DNA of 64,000 bases from Halocafeteria seosinensis (GCA_001687465.1 LVLI01000202.1:124001-188000); one strand, 5' to 3'; shown: positions 36,601 through 50,113, counted from the stretch's first letter. Notes: a model not told the origin generated them from the sequence alone. Translations and numbers: made by a program.

Positions 36601-37392
36601 GGGGATACCCTGTACGTTGCGCTTCTTCACCTGAGAGACAAACCTTTGGATGTGAACGTGGTGTTGTTGAAGGGCTGTATTCTGGATACCATTTACCACC
36701 AGAACGGGCATAATAAAACGAAGAATGTACCGCACCTTCTAATTTCGGAGTTTGTTGATAATGTGTCGCGGCCTTTTGGAAACGTAAGGTATCTTCAAGA
36801 CCACCGTGTCAATGCCTGTTGGAAGCAGCTGCCAAAGCCATGGAGTTTGGAAACTCTGAAAAAGGAGTTCTGCCCAAAAGAGTCATCGAACGAGCACATA
36901 GTAAGAATGGTTGATGACTTATTCACGTTATGCTGGAATATTCCAAGCAAGTTCCTACCGACTGTCCTGAAAGAAGTTAACGAGATCGTTGTGAAGAAGC
37001 GTCTCATGGATTCTACCACTAGTTTTGTGGATAAGTTCAGGGACTACTGTTTGCTTCTGGCGGGAATTAGGATGAATCGATTGGAGAAATCAATGCGGTA
37101 TCTGAGGTTGCCCTCGTCGCGCATAGCTGCTGTAGAAGCCACAAAAAGTTTATGGAAAGACAATGCCAAGAATGACGGCGTAGAGACTACACTGTGGAGG
37201 ATCATATTAAATGGTATTTATGAGAATTACATAACTTCAACACAATTACCCCTAGGCGACCGACAAAACGCGCTGTCGCACTTGAAGGATGTGGTAGAAA
37301 GCATTGACACCAAACTAGGGCGGCAAGCATCTATCTTTGCATTGCCTTCGGGAATCAGCCTGTCTAGTGGATGGTGCTACGCTTGTCCTTAG
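33609..37392 (+). CDS. Large hypothetical protein (beta-rich N-terminus, helical C-terminus), 2 exons, intron 34440-34497
   Basis: ATT|GTAAGT...GTGCAG|ACA joins ORF 33609.. to ORF ..37392 in frame. No family confidently recognised. Confidence 0.75.
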
Positions 37393-37437
37393 GACCCAAG
37401 GACCGGGGTCCAACCTCCTTTCTCGTGACGTGAGTTC

Positions 37438-39369
37438 CTACGAGTATCGGACGTTTTGATCCTGAACAAACCAATCGAATGGTTGATCACCTGTGTTCAC
37501 AACAACGCTTTTAATCTGTGAATATTCTCGCAAAGCTTCGTGTCCGTTTTCACGTCCAATACCGCTGTCTTTCATTCCTCCCCACGGACTACTTGGATCA
37601 TTCCGATGGTGATCGTTCACCCAGACAAGACCGACATCAAGGTTATCCGCAACCCTGTGAGCGCGACCAACATCTCGTGTCCACACTGCCGCAGCAAGCC
37701 CGTAAATCGAGTCATTAGCAAGTTTTATGGCGTCTGCCTCGTCTTTGAACGTGTAGGCGACAACTACTGGTCCGAACACCTGCGGCAAACATTTCGTGAT
37801 GGTGCTAGAATGTTTCGGCATTACATTTCATATGGAGAGCATACCTCTTCCTGCACTATATGCATTTTTGGATGGACATTTCCGATTACTGTTGGTTCGT
37901 AGAAATAGCCGTGCTGGAGAGAGCTGTCAATGTAGGAAGGCTGCGCTCCACCGCAGAGCACGGATGCTCCTTCTTGCTGAGCCAATGAAACAAACGATTT
38001 GACCTGTAAAGGAGTAAATGGAAACAGCTAGATAACGCTCAGTAGATCGATCATCATGGCACGTAACAGGGGTACTAACCTTCTCCAGTTGCGGCCCACT
38101 GATCACGGGCCCCATCTGCGTATGCGGGTCCTGAGGGGGTCCACAGCGAATAGACTTAACTTTCTCGACGAATTTACCTATGACTTCGTCCGCGACATCT
38201 TCTTGAACTATTAAACGGGCCCCCATGATACAGGTTTGTCCAGAGGCGATGAAACTAGCAAACGCCGTTCCATTAACCGCCTGTTCAATGTCTGCATCTT
38301 TGAACACTAACATAGGTGCCTTTCCACCTAGTTCCATCACTGACCCAGCCAAGTTATACCCCGCACTTGCAGCAACGCTTCTCCCTGTAGGAGTGCCACC
38401 TGTCAAATCAATTTTCTTTAGAGAAGGGTTTTCGGCAAGGGCCTTTCCAGCTGTACCACCAAAGCCGGTGACCACATTGAAGACGCCGTCGGGAACGCCG
38501 GCTTCGGAACAAAGCTTCCCAAACTCGAGGACTGTAACAGGTGCAAGTTCGGACGGTTTCACGACTACAGAGTTGCCTGCCGCGAGTGCTGGCGCAATTT
38601 TCTTGATAGCTATAAGCATTGGATGATTCCAAGGAGTGATTTGTCCTACAGACCCTAGAGGCTGGTAGATACATTCAAGAGCTAGGAGCGAGTGAACGTA
38701 GGGCACACACAGAGGAAAGCATGAAAGTAAACGTACTACTCGTTTCAAGTAGTTCAAGTATGCTCCTTTGAACGGAGGCACTGATCCCTCTTCCACTCTT
38801 ATTAGAGCTGCGAAGTACTTAAACCTGCACACGGGACACACATCGTCCCATTCCACCCGTTTCTAGACAAGAGCGTTGGGAAGCAACGAACCATTCGGGA
38901 AGACGCCCTAGTTGAGCTTTCATCTCACGGATAGGCCTCCCTGTTTGCAATGATTCCAGCTCAGCAAACTCGGGGACTCGTTTCTGGAGTGCTTCGGCTG
39001 CTTTCTCCATCACCTCAGCTCTATCTCGGACATCCGCTCGTGACCAGTCCCCACGGGCGAAGGCGTCCTCTGCACTCTGTACGGCGTAATCGACATCGGC
39101 TTTATCACCTTGTGCCACTCGTGTAAGTGTATGTGTCGTCGCCGGGTCCTCAATGTCGATCCACCGGCCACTTTGGGCCTCGATTTCTTTGCCATTGACA
39201 AACAATCCTGCGTACACACCAAGCAATCTCCCATGTGTGGTTAGCACAGTATCCTCTGGGACTCATGGAACGCACCATATTGGGCATTGAACCCTGCTTG
39301 TGTCGAAAAGAGCCTCTGCGCACCCTGGCTCAGGAGACCGCGCCATTGTCGTGCTCCTCTTACCAGCAT
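37438..39369 (-). CDS. NAD(P)-dependent aldehyde dehydrogenase, probably mitochondrial
   Basis: Presequence-like [52 protein letters not shown] (catalytic Cys); [20 protein letters not shown]. Confidence 0.96.
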
Positions 39370-39424
39370 TGTTGCTGAATATCTCTGTGCGCGCAAATAA
39401 TTTAGCCAATTATGTGTGCATACA

Positions 39425-40463
39425 ATGAACGCACAAACCTTGTATGATGACGATGAATTCGCCCCTCGGCCAGCGTTCCCAGTGTCCTCTCACAGCGCAG
39501 ACGAAGGAGGCTACGACTACTACGCCTACTATACACGACAGCATCAACGACGAGATGCAGAAGGGGAGGAGGGGACTGACACGGACGACGCTGCGCCGCC
39601 TCCTCCGCCTATGACGGCAGAGGAGTATTTAATGCAAGTGAGGTAAGTTCTTGACTTCCCCTTGCCGCATGTGGAGTCTATCATGTGGAGGACTTGTTGC
39701 ATGCAGGCAAGAAGCCAATGCTATACCCGATATAATGGTGTCACAGGATGTAGACGAAAGGACCTTTGATCAGAGACGCCAAGTATGTGCACACCATGGA
39801 GGGGAATTGTAATTTTCTGTAACGTGGCACCTTCGCGTCCTGCAGACAGGATACCTCCCAGCAATGGGTTCTATTGTCGAATGCGATAGGGAATTCCTAC
39901 CAACAGAAGAGTGGAGAGATAACATGCTCGCTGAATTCTCAGATTTGCGCGTTTATATGTCCCAAGCCTCGATAGATGAAGAGCACACACGGAAGCGCCA
40001 AGCGGTAGCCAGTATCAATCTACCTCCGTTGTCGAATTGGAACTCCTGGTATTACTTTTTTACAGGGTCCGTTTTATCTACAGAAAGTGAAACAGAAGTA
40101 AACAGCGAAGAGAACAATATCGAAGGTATACACCCTCACCCGCCGATGGTGGGTCTACTTGCTCGGAAATTCGACCAGGCAAAGACTAGCAAACTTATCA
40201 TGAAAGCATCGCAGCATGTGGAAGAAAACCCTGAAAAATGGACTGTTTCATTTCTCTTGTGGATTTTCGGACTCTTGGCAAAAATAGAAAAACCGCTTCA
40301 CTCCAGTGTGAGCTCGTCACTGAGGACATTGCTGCGGTGGATCTCCAAGGTGAGGAAAGACCTAGCCTCATCAGATCCGACATGCGCAGAATACGCAGCT
40401 ACGAATGTCGTATACTACGTTATTGCTGACTATTTTCGCCAAAATGTTTCGGCAACGCTATAA
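39425..40463 (+). CDS. GEMIN2: Gemin2/SIP1 (SMN complex)
   Basis: PPMTAEEYLMQVR|QEA; LPTEEWRDNMLAEFSDLR; WIFGLLAKIEKPL...SSLRTLLR; VIADYFRQ. Confidence 0.88.
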
Positions 40464-40515
40464 GGACAAAGTTGCATTGTCACATAAGAAGCGGAGAATA
40501 ATGTCCCTGATTGCA

Positions 40516-41597
40516 TCACTGCTGTTTCCTCTTTGAGGTGTCTCCAAGATAGACGGCCAACGCAATAATCGCTGTAAGAAAACCACGAAAGTTGAAATAG
40601 ATGATAGGGACGATGTTTGCTAGTATGGATCTTACCGAAGGAAAGTATGCAAATGAATGCAAGCATCATTCCGAAGAGAACTGCGATGTTAGGGATGCCA
40701 GTATGCGCAGCGATTGTTTCGTGGGTATTCTGCGGTCAAAGAGTACATATTGTGACGGAAATACGCTATGAGGAATATGTCCCTTTGTGCTGAAATAGTA
40801 TGGCTAATATGTGTTGACATACCACGACCTGCATCACCGTGTGGATAACTGTGCCAGTCACTCGATTTCTGCAGAAAACACTACAACAATAGAGACATAA
40901 AGTAATCCTTTAGTGTATATCCGACGTACATCATCCCATCTGGTCCCCATAGACCCCCATATGGTTTAATATTCTTCCAGGACTGCTCCAAGTATCGCTT
41001 CAGGCCGTCTGAGGTACGCCCCCCTGTATATTGACGCACTTCTCCATCCTTGATGCTGCCATCAGAATAGGTGAGAGATAAATAGCTTTACAAGCACATC
41101 ATACTGTTAGCTAGCCAACTATCAACGTACTGAAAAAGGGTTGGAAATGCTTTTATATCAAAGCGAGCGGCGAGGCCACGGTCTTGAGCTCCATCAATTT
41201 TCCCAAAATACGCCAAATCTGCACCCACAGAAAGCAACACCTCCAGTAATTCAGACACTGCCAGTTCGATGCTTGTCCAACTGTCCTTAGGGACGTACGT
41301 TTTAGCTCATCCGCCGCTTTCTCGTATACAGGAGCGAATTGCTTACAGTGTCCACACCTGTGCCATGCATTAGCATGAGTCCATAGAGGGGGTGAAAGCA
41401 CCATACACGCTACGATCAGCATACCAAGGGGCATAGAACTCAATCATCCAAGTCCCTTCTCGTGTATATTCATCGAAATTCGTATAATTCAGCTCCACCA
41501 GATTTCCTGGAGGCATCTCCATGTCTTCGGCTGCCGTCGTGGCAGCCAACAAGCTGCCTACCACGAGACCAGATAGTCCAATAAGGTGGTTCAACAT
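40516..41597 (-). CDS. Transmembrane thioredoxin (TMX/PDI-family), ER
   Basis: Signal peptide; IEFYAPW|CGHCK; FDIKAFPTL; YTGGRT; C-terminal TM segment; ends SKRKQQ* (KxKxx ER-retrieval motif). Confidence 0.88.
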
Positions 41598-42525
41598 GTT
41601 GCTCTAACTAATATAAAAGGAAATATTGTTCAATTAACTTAATCATCAACTCAATGACCACTCGCATAAAAATTGATTTGACCATGGTTGTGCTAGACAT
41701 AACGATTTTTGATTTCTGTTTCTAGGTGTTTGATATGGGATTTGGTTGTTTTAACCAAATAGGAAGGGCTCGGCTCGCCGCCAGAGTGCTATGCAGCGGC
41801 CAAGCGCGTGGGAGACGTGGCAAGCCAGAGGTCCCCCACTGCCCTGCAAATATTAGCTTGACCAGATAAGGCTAGGACAATGTCCTAGCTATCGTCGGTC
41901 AAGACGATAAAAACAGTTACTACACATGATCTTAGCCAAAAGGCCGAGAAGGTATGCTACGAAATTGTTTACCCTGTCATTACCTAAGTGCCCTTCCCGC
42001 ACCTGGTCAATACGCGGCTTTTCAGCGGCCAGGCCGATGGGCGTCGGGGAACCAAGGCAGAGTCTTCCCGACTCTCGAGCTTATCCAAGGAGCTGAGAAC
42101 TACATGGAACGATACAACGAGGGAATGTGTGTCTGTTCATCGGTATACATCAAAATGGTGCCTCATTCAACGTCTTTATTCCTGTCATAGTCGGAAGCGG
42201 TTCCGATATGCAGTGACACTTCGCCTACTCTCTTTAGCCTTTAGAACCGAACAAGTTCCTACGACGACTCTTTCAAAACGGGGCTGTAGAATGAATATCA
42301 ACTTTGCAATGCACAGACCTTGAATATGCCGTTTGGTCTTTGGCGCTTCAGAATCCCTCGCTGGGCAACCACTCGCGAAGAGTCGTTGTATTCCATGGTA
42401 TTCCAGGTAATCACGAGCATTAAGGACGAGAGAGATGGTACCATTACGCAACGATTAATAGTGCACGCACATATGTTTCCTCAACACATTAACGGTGGTT
42501 CGATAGACCATTCACCGCCCGTTCT

Positions 42526-44300
42526 CTAGGGATCCGGGAATATTTGCCGTACATTGATGTTCAGTCGACATCGTTCCACCCATTCCCTAAACAAGCGTTC
42601 TTCAACTTCTTTTTCAGAAGGATTCTCCGTAGGAATTCCTCGTTTATCTAATAGGGGAGACGCTCCCTCAAGCTCAACGGGAACTGAGCAAGAGGTACGG
42701 GCAGTCGACGGTTCCATTTTTTCCGTCCGCGTAGAGGTCGAGGTGCGAACGTCAGTGTTGCACTCATTGAACAGTTCAGCAGGGGAAGTACCAGGAATGT
42801 GAGTTGGTACTCCATGAAATGCCAGTCGGCGATCACCTCCCATAATCAGGCAATCACCGCTCTGCAACAGTATTGGTACCGGCGCTTCATCTTTCGTAAG
42901 CCCTCCTAGCAAAAATACTCCTGTACACCCAAAACTGAATCCAACGACCGGGTGCTTATGGGTTAACTCGGAAATATCCTGATGCCCTCCCATGCATGCC
43001 CTGGGTCTGGTGGAAACATCTACAGGTACACGGTTCATTCAGTACACGTTACACTGAGTAAATCAAGGGGAACTTACCTGTAGTAGTTGACTATCCCCGC
43101 CTCGGGGACAATAGATTCCCCCACAGTTGCGGCGGCAGCTCTTCCTAGTTCCCAAATATCCTTTGGAAACTGACGGCAAGATTCTGGATTGGTATCGTAC
43201 TCTCGCTTTGTCCAGTTGTATTGAAACCCAAGTGTCGCCCATGCGATGCGATTAAGGTAACATTCATCTGCACGTTGCCCTTCCTCTGCCAACGAATCAG
43301 AAGAATATAGCTGACAATACTGCTTCCAGATCCCACTTGGAGGCTCCCAGGGTTCAGAACTGTTTTCTTCGGCATTTGAGTCTATGTTCCTTCTATTTGG
43401 CGGTTCGACGTAGCCGCGCAGAGCTCTTCGTATGAAATATTCCTGCTCCTCTGTTGATAAAACTTGAGGGAGTACGTAAACTCCTTCGACGCCCCTGATT
43501 CCAAACACTCCATTCTTCGGTATGAGCTTTCCATTTGACACAAGATGGACTTTGTTTCCACCATCTTGAGGCGATTGTACACACATTATTTTATCTTTGT
43601 TCGCGCTCGTGTTACACTCCTGCAAGGGCGAGAAAACAATTATGCTCAAGAGTACACCACAAAGTGTTTTAAGTTAGCTCTTACCAGTTGGGAAAAGTTA
43701 AGCGCCTCTTCCAGTAATCGCTCTGTTTCAGCGCTGTCCACACCTCGCGACAGCTTCTGGTACTCTTTCTCCATCTGTTTGTATGCACTTCCTGCGAAAC
43801 GCAGATCACCACAAAGACTAGTTATGCTAGCTCTACTGACCATTGGATCGACCGAGAACTTGTTAGCTTACGGTAGCCTTCTTTATGCGCTAGTTGGCGT
43901 GCAGCATATTCCAAATCATGAAGTGTAGCCTTTGTGATGGGGATTTTCTTGTTTCCCTTGCTCGTCTCATCCATGACCATCACCCGCTTTCGACCGGGAT
44001 CCACGCGCTTGAGAAGAAGCTTCAGCTGTAGCCGCTTATGGTGCGTGCTTGAATACCTGCAAACCACTAACCTCCTACATTGTTGTGAAGACAGACTCCC
44101 TCTTTCAAGGTATCAGGTAGGCCGCACCTTTCATCCATGATACTGTCAACTTCATGGATATAAATACACTTGGGAGCACTTTCGCTGTTTAGCTTGGAGC
44201 GCTTATTACTGGCTTTTGTAGGCTGTGTGATGGCATCATTGCTGTCAAAGGCACTGCTGGCGTATTCCCCGTTCGTTCCCGACATCCCTTTGCTGTCCAT
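42526..44300 (-). CDS. ALKBH1: AlkB-family Fe/2-oxoglutarate dioxygenase, ALKBH1-like, with N-terminal extension
   Basis: WATLGFQYNW; PEAGIVNYY; MGGHQD (HxD); FSFGCTGVFLLGG; LQSGD; AFHGVP; RLNINVRQ. Start codon is approximate. Confidence 0.88.
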
Positions 44301-44559
44301 ACCACTACCGCTTCGTCTCCAAATTTCTTCGCTCGTATTATCCTCCTTGTATAACTTGGTTGAACTACCAACGATTGGTTCATCGAACCATCTGCAAATA
44401 CATGTACTCCACGATACCAAACAACTTGAACATTTTGTGAAGATTGAAGATGATGCTACAACTGTCCGTGTCTATTGTCCACTGTATAAGCGACGCATTG
44501 TGTGGAGAGTAGTTTTTATTAGCACAGTAGTCGTTTTGGAATAAGTGGTGACAACAAGC

Positions 44560-47500
44560 ATGAATTCGTCTTCAACGGAAGGATTACATGTGGCCATTGG
44601 GGCCACATTTGCCTGTGATGGCCTGGAAGAGCCACTTCAGAAGATGCACAAGATTACTGGGTTGCAGGTGTGCCCGTCATGGATACCTTACGGCAATGTT
44701 CTATCCACTCTGGAGCACTTTGGCTCGGAAAGTGCCTCGGGAAATGAGACATCGGAGCCAGAAACCTCTGGGAGAAAGGACCAGAAATCAATCAATCTTG
44801 AAGACAGAGGTAAGTCCTGTATTCTGGACGCTGTTACACGGAATGGCTTTTCTATACTTCTTCTAGCACTATGTACAGGTTTCTCAAGGAATACCAATGT
44901 GATTCTGTTTCGCCTCGAAGATATCGATTCAGCGCACCCAGAGATGACTGCTGATTTGGAGAACCGTGCGCAGCAAGCCAAGCAAACGCTCAAGAAGGAG
45001 AAACAGAGAAGGGTGGAAGAAGAGATGCGAAGAAACAGGGAGCTAAAGAAGAAAGGAAAGCAGACGAAAAAGCAGGGAGGGGATACTGGGCAAACTACGG
45101 AAGTGGCTGAAGAGCAAACTTGTGTTGTATTGAATGATCAGGAAGCAGCAGATGCTGCTAATTCCCACGAGTCTTACGCTAATTATGGGACAAACTTACA
45201 AGAAAAAGCGTACAGGTTTCTATTGCGTTGTTCTCGTTTCTACAAATACTCTAATGCGCGGCTAGTTCTGATCTGTTGCCCTCCTTCGGATGAGATTATG
45301 GAAGACGCAACGTTGCAAAGGATATACTACGAAGCAGAGCTCCGTCTCTGTTCTTGGTTGATTCAAAACGGTGCTAGCTTTGGGATACAAAATACGTTTA
45401 TCAACGCTGAGAAATTAAAACTTCGTGAATGCGAGAGTACTGAAAATGGCGACAAAGTGGCGTGGGACAGTGGGACGATCCTCTGTAATGTGTATCTTCT
45501 CCCCAGCATGCTACTCACTAATGGTCACTTGTTGCCACCAATGAGCTATAAGGAGTATTATTGCCCCATGGCGGCAATTGCAGCGCATGCACCATACTCA
45601 CCCTTCTTCTTAGGAGTGCTTGCTTGGGTATTGTATCGTTTCTTTCATTCGTTACTCTACGTACAAAAGAAAATCGTAGTTGTTGACTGTGACAACACAC
45701 TTTGGGGTGGTACCGTTGGAGAACATTCACTGAATGAGCTAGCCACGAGAGGAAAGTATCAAGTTCTTCAGAAATTTCTACTAAAATTAAGAGAGAAAGG
45801 ATTGGTACTTGCACTTGTATCAAAGAATAGTGAGGCCGATGTTCGCAAGATGTTCGAATGTAGAGAGGATTCGTTGACTCTCAGTTTAGATGATGTGACA
45901 GCGATGAGAGTTAATTGGGACAGTAAGTCGGCGAATATCGAGGACCTGGCAAGATCGTTGGATCTCGGTCTGGAATCGTTCGTCTTCTTGGACGACAATC
46001 CGATCGAAATAGCAGAAGTATCAGCTCATGTACGTTTTGTGCAGTTTCCCCCTTCTTTAGTAACCTATAAAGCTGCTTTACGATGCGTTTGTGCAGTGTC
46101 CTTCTGTTAGCAGTTTACAGTTGGTCCAAGAGTGGGGAACCCAAAAACTGGAACAATGTTTGCGGCAAGTTTGGATCTTCGACGTACCTTTGGCAACCAG
46201 CACCGGCTCCAGGACTTTCGAGGATAGCATGAGGACTGAATTCTATCAGTATGGGGTGATGTTACGAAAAGAGGCCAGAGGTTACACATGAAAACTATAG
46301 ACTTCCTCTCCAATTGCAGAGCCGAGGGCAAGAGGCAAGAACTGCTCCAGAACAGCTCCAGTTTTTCAGCATTTCTCGCCTCACTCAATGTCCGCATTGA
46401 TATCCACGAAAATAACAACGAAGAGGTAAGCTAGACTACGAAGTCTGCGCGTTTTGGTTTCTTTTATGGGAGGTCATGTGCTGCACCTCTATTGGGTTCA
46501 GCTTCCTCGTATCGCCCAACTCAGTTCCAGGACAAATCAGATGAACGTAGGCAAGTTAGTGCTGTCCGAAACTGAGGTATGTACCTGTGGCCACTTGTAA
46601 AATATCTCAAAGAATTGAATTACAAGTTTACAGATAGGTAACATGATTTTGAGAGGAACACATAGTACTTTGACTACTACTGTAACCGATCGTTTCGGTC
46701 ATTACGGCTTGGTTGGACTGGCTGTTTACCGTAACCAGGTAGACACAATGCCTCCCGAAAATATAGGAGTGCACGATGGCCAAGGGTGCAGTATTCCAGT
46801 TTTAGGTGTAACCATCTTCCTCTTGAGCTGCCGGGTGCTTCATCGAGGAGTTGAGCATGCTCTCCTGCGGGAACTGGGGGATATCGCGGAGAAAAAGGGC
46901 GCTCGATATATTCGCTTGAACTGGATTCCTTCGGACCGTAACGAGCCAGCAAGGTTGTTCCTGTGGAGCCTTCCTTCCATAATTTATTTCCCTTGCGTCA
47001 AACTCATAGGTATGCATAGTACTGCTAAGAACATCCTTTCCGTGGAGCGTTTATGCTGTGATCATTTGCAGACCATGAAGCTGAGATACCATGGGACACC
47101 CAAGCTGTTAGAGAATCTATTAAAGGCTCTAAACCTTTCTACTACACGAACATGCCCTCAAAAGTCAGTACGCCTTAAGTCAGGTATATTCGTAGTGCAT
47201 ATGGTTGGAGAATTTGGCACTTCTATTTTGGATTTCGCTCGTTTATTGCAGGGCTATGTGTTCGTGCCAACAGAGGTAGCGAAAGAGTGTACAATGGGCA
47301 AAACTAGCATGCAAGATTTGTTATGGAACGCTGTGCTATCCAAGAATGCTAAGGGCAAGTCTTTAGGGAACCAAAAAGAAGGCCGCTCTGCAGACTACTC
47401 TGGGAAACATGGCAGCTGCGGCGTCAGCGATGCTCAGTACCATGCCGAATTAGCCTATGACGGATCTTCAGGCAAAGTGTTGACAACCGAAACTTACCAG

Positions 47501-47776
47501 TACCTCTCCTCGACGGAAGTGCTGGAATTCCTGAGAAGTGATGTACCCACACCGCTTTCTGAGATTCCTTCTTTAGGATCAAGTGAGACCGGACCGGACG
47601 CGCAACGAATGAAAGAACTGTGGAATGAGTTACTCGCTATTGAGAGCGCGAGTAACAAAGGAGACGTAATCCAAATGTATGAATTGCAATGTAAATTTCG
47701 TCGGAAAATGCGTCAGCAGGCTAAGTTAACGCAATACACGCTGTTAGACCAGGGAGAGAATACAGAGGATGATTGA
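44560..47776 (+). CDS. FkbH-like HAD-IIIC phosphatase/glyceryl transferase with C-terminal acyltransferase-like domain; intron-containing
   Basis: VAIGATF...LEEPL; NVILFRLED; VVDCDNTLWGG; LVSKN; VNWDSKSANI; FVFLDDNPIE; RIAQLSSRTNQMN; VTDRFGHYGLVG; FLLSCRVLHRGVE. Confidence 0.9.
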
Positions 47777-48538
47777 ATATCCGCTGGCACTGCCGTCACC
47801 GTCAACTACTCGCGGTGACATGAACCCCGATCACATCTCCGCTTGACGCATGACAACTTGCCTGCATGGTACAAGAGGTTTGGATAGGTAAACTGCTATT
47901 TAGTAGGATGCTCCCCTGGCAAGAAAAATAAGATTCGAAAGACGAGTTGTTGCTGTAACTCTAGCGTAGCAGTGAGAATCCGTTGCAGTGCTTTCGGCCG
48001 CGGAGGGGGTGTACAGATAAGGAAGAAGCGAAACACCTCTTGGAGAGCAAGCCCTAGGCATATTATAATTCCCCAAGAGAATATGCTCCAAGCTTAACGC
48101 TCTCGAGTCGCGTCGACCAGTACAGCTCTGGAATCTTTACGCGTGTTTCTGCAGTAGGACGAAGTACAAGTGTGGACGTGAATCGACCAATACGACTCCC
48201 TGATACCGTTGGTGGCACTACAATATAGTCTCTTGTTCCCAATCTGGCACTTCAAGGTGTCTCTCCATAGCACAGCACAACACCCCGGATGCGGGTAGTC
48301 ACTCGTTGTGAAGGTTGAAGTGAAACACGATTCGTGGTGTTCGCAGTGTCGCACAGCAGCGATACCATGAGTTGTTCTTGGCCGATAATTTTCGGTTTGA
48401 TAGAGCATATGAATACACCGGTGGTACCATTCATATTGGAATCGAGTGTATGCATGCTTGTGTTTAGCTTCCCAAGCAGCACTCACGCATTGGCGTTGTT
48501 GGTAGTACATAGTATACTATAGGGTAATTTACGATACC

Positions 48539-50113
48539 ATGGCATTCACTAAGGACACACAGGGTGAAGAGAGGACTAAGAGAGAAAATGGAGCGACGGC
48601 GAAAAGAGTCCCCTTTCAGAAATTACAGGACCCAGAAGACGAAGAAGGCGATACAGAACATGATGACGATGTTCTGACTCAAGACGGCACGCACACAACA
48701 CAGACGAATGGTGATGATCAGGATGACCGCTATTACCAATCCAGAGGAATGGAAGAGGAAGACACGCGTGAACTCTTACCTCAGGAGCAGCAACAGGAGA
48801 AGAAGCCAGCCGGATGGAGGAGAGCTCTGGGACTTATACTCATGGCGCTCTCAGCGTGTGTCTTTGCTACCATGTCGCTCATTGTTAATTTGGCTGGACA
48901 GAAGTTTGCGTAAGTAGAAGCTACATTGTACGGGAATCAGACATTGTGCCATTGTCATTACAATTGTACCCTCCTCCCGCAGAACATTTCAAATTGCTTC
49001 GTTTCGATTCTTTGTGCAAGCACTACTAGCTGGCTGCTGCCTCATTGGACAGTGTAAAAAGCCTTTTGGGATACCAGGGAATAGAAAATGGCTAATATGG
49101 AGGTATGCTGTGATCCTAACTCTACATTCTTCTTGAGAAGTCCACTGTCTGCGTATTGTTACAGGGGCGTCTTGGGAAGCTTCGGAATGTGTTTCGCATT
49201 CTGGGGATTTACGCACCTTCCGCTGGCCGATGCGTCCACAATCATCTTCACTAATCCAGTCATTACCGCAATACTAGCCAGGCTAGTCCTCAAGGAGAGT
49301 TTCTCAAGGCTTGAAGGGTTATCCGCATGCCTATGTTTGCTAGGTGTTGCGTTCATTAGTCAACCTACGTTTATCTTTGGAGACTCTGCAACAGCTATGG
49401 ATGAGGATCTGGGGGATGACAGGAAGAAAACTCTGGAGTTTGCAGGGCTAGAATTTACGACAAAGCGCTGGTTTGGCCTTCTGATAGCTTTCATGTGCAG
49501 TCTCTTCGCGTCGTGTAGTTTTCTAACGGTTCGAAAAATGGGTTCGGTAGGTAATTTATCGTGAGACGATTACAGCTTCTTTGTGTCTGGAGACCTTCAG
49601 TATTTGGGTGCACAGAAAGAGAATACAAACGTTATTGTGCTATGGTATGGAGTTATTGGCCTGTTTATTGCTCCCACTTTCGCTTTAAGCGGTCAATATT
49701 GGGTATGGCCTACTACCGGCATCGAGTGGGTGACTTTACTGGGAATAGGTAAGGAGTTCACTTGCCAACCATACTGTAGACGGCACTACATTTTTTTTCT
49801 CTCAACAGGAGCAATGGGATTTGTGGGGCAACTCTTGATGAACCGAGGTCTGCAAATTGAAAAGGCTGGTCCTGCAGCTCTTATGAGAAATCTGGATATT
49901 GTACTGGCCTTTGTCTACCAAATAACCATTCTGCATATTACCCCTACACCGTGGAGTATTGCAGGAGCCGTATTGATACTGACATGTACCTCAATCGTTG
50001 GTATCGCGAAAGCGAGGAAGTCGCAGCAAGCTAATTCGGAAAAGCAGCAGGAGGCGCCAACGGGTAGCATCAAGGATGATGGTGGCTTTGAACTAACAGC
50101 ACGCCACAGGTGA
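48539..50113 (+). CDS. EamA/DMT-family (SLC35G-like) transporter
   Basis: Multiple TM helices; RGVLGSFG...LPLADASTIIFTNPV...LKE; GQLLMNRGLQIEKAGPAALMRNLDIV. Confidence 0.92.

Noticed and set aside
41871..41889. Palindrome GCTAGGACA-A-TGTCCTAGC and short ORFs at 41650-42500
   Set aside because: A single short palindrome; the surrounding frames could not be assembled into a credible gene.
47850..48510. Minus-strand short ORFs between FkbH and EamA
   Set aside because: No recognisable motifs or consistent splice path.
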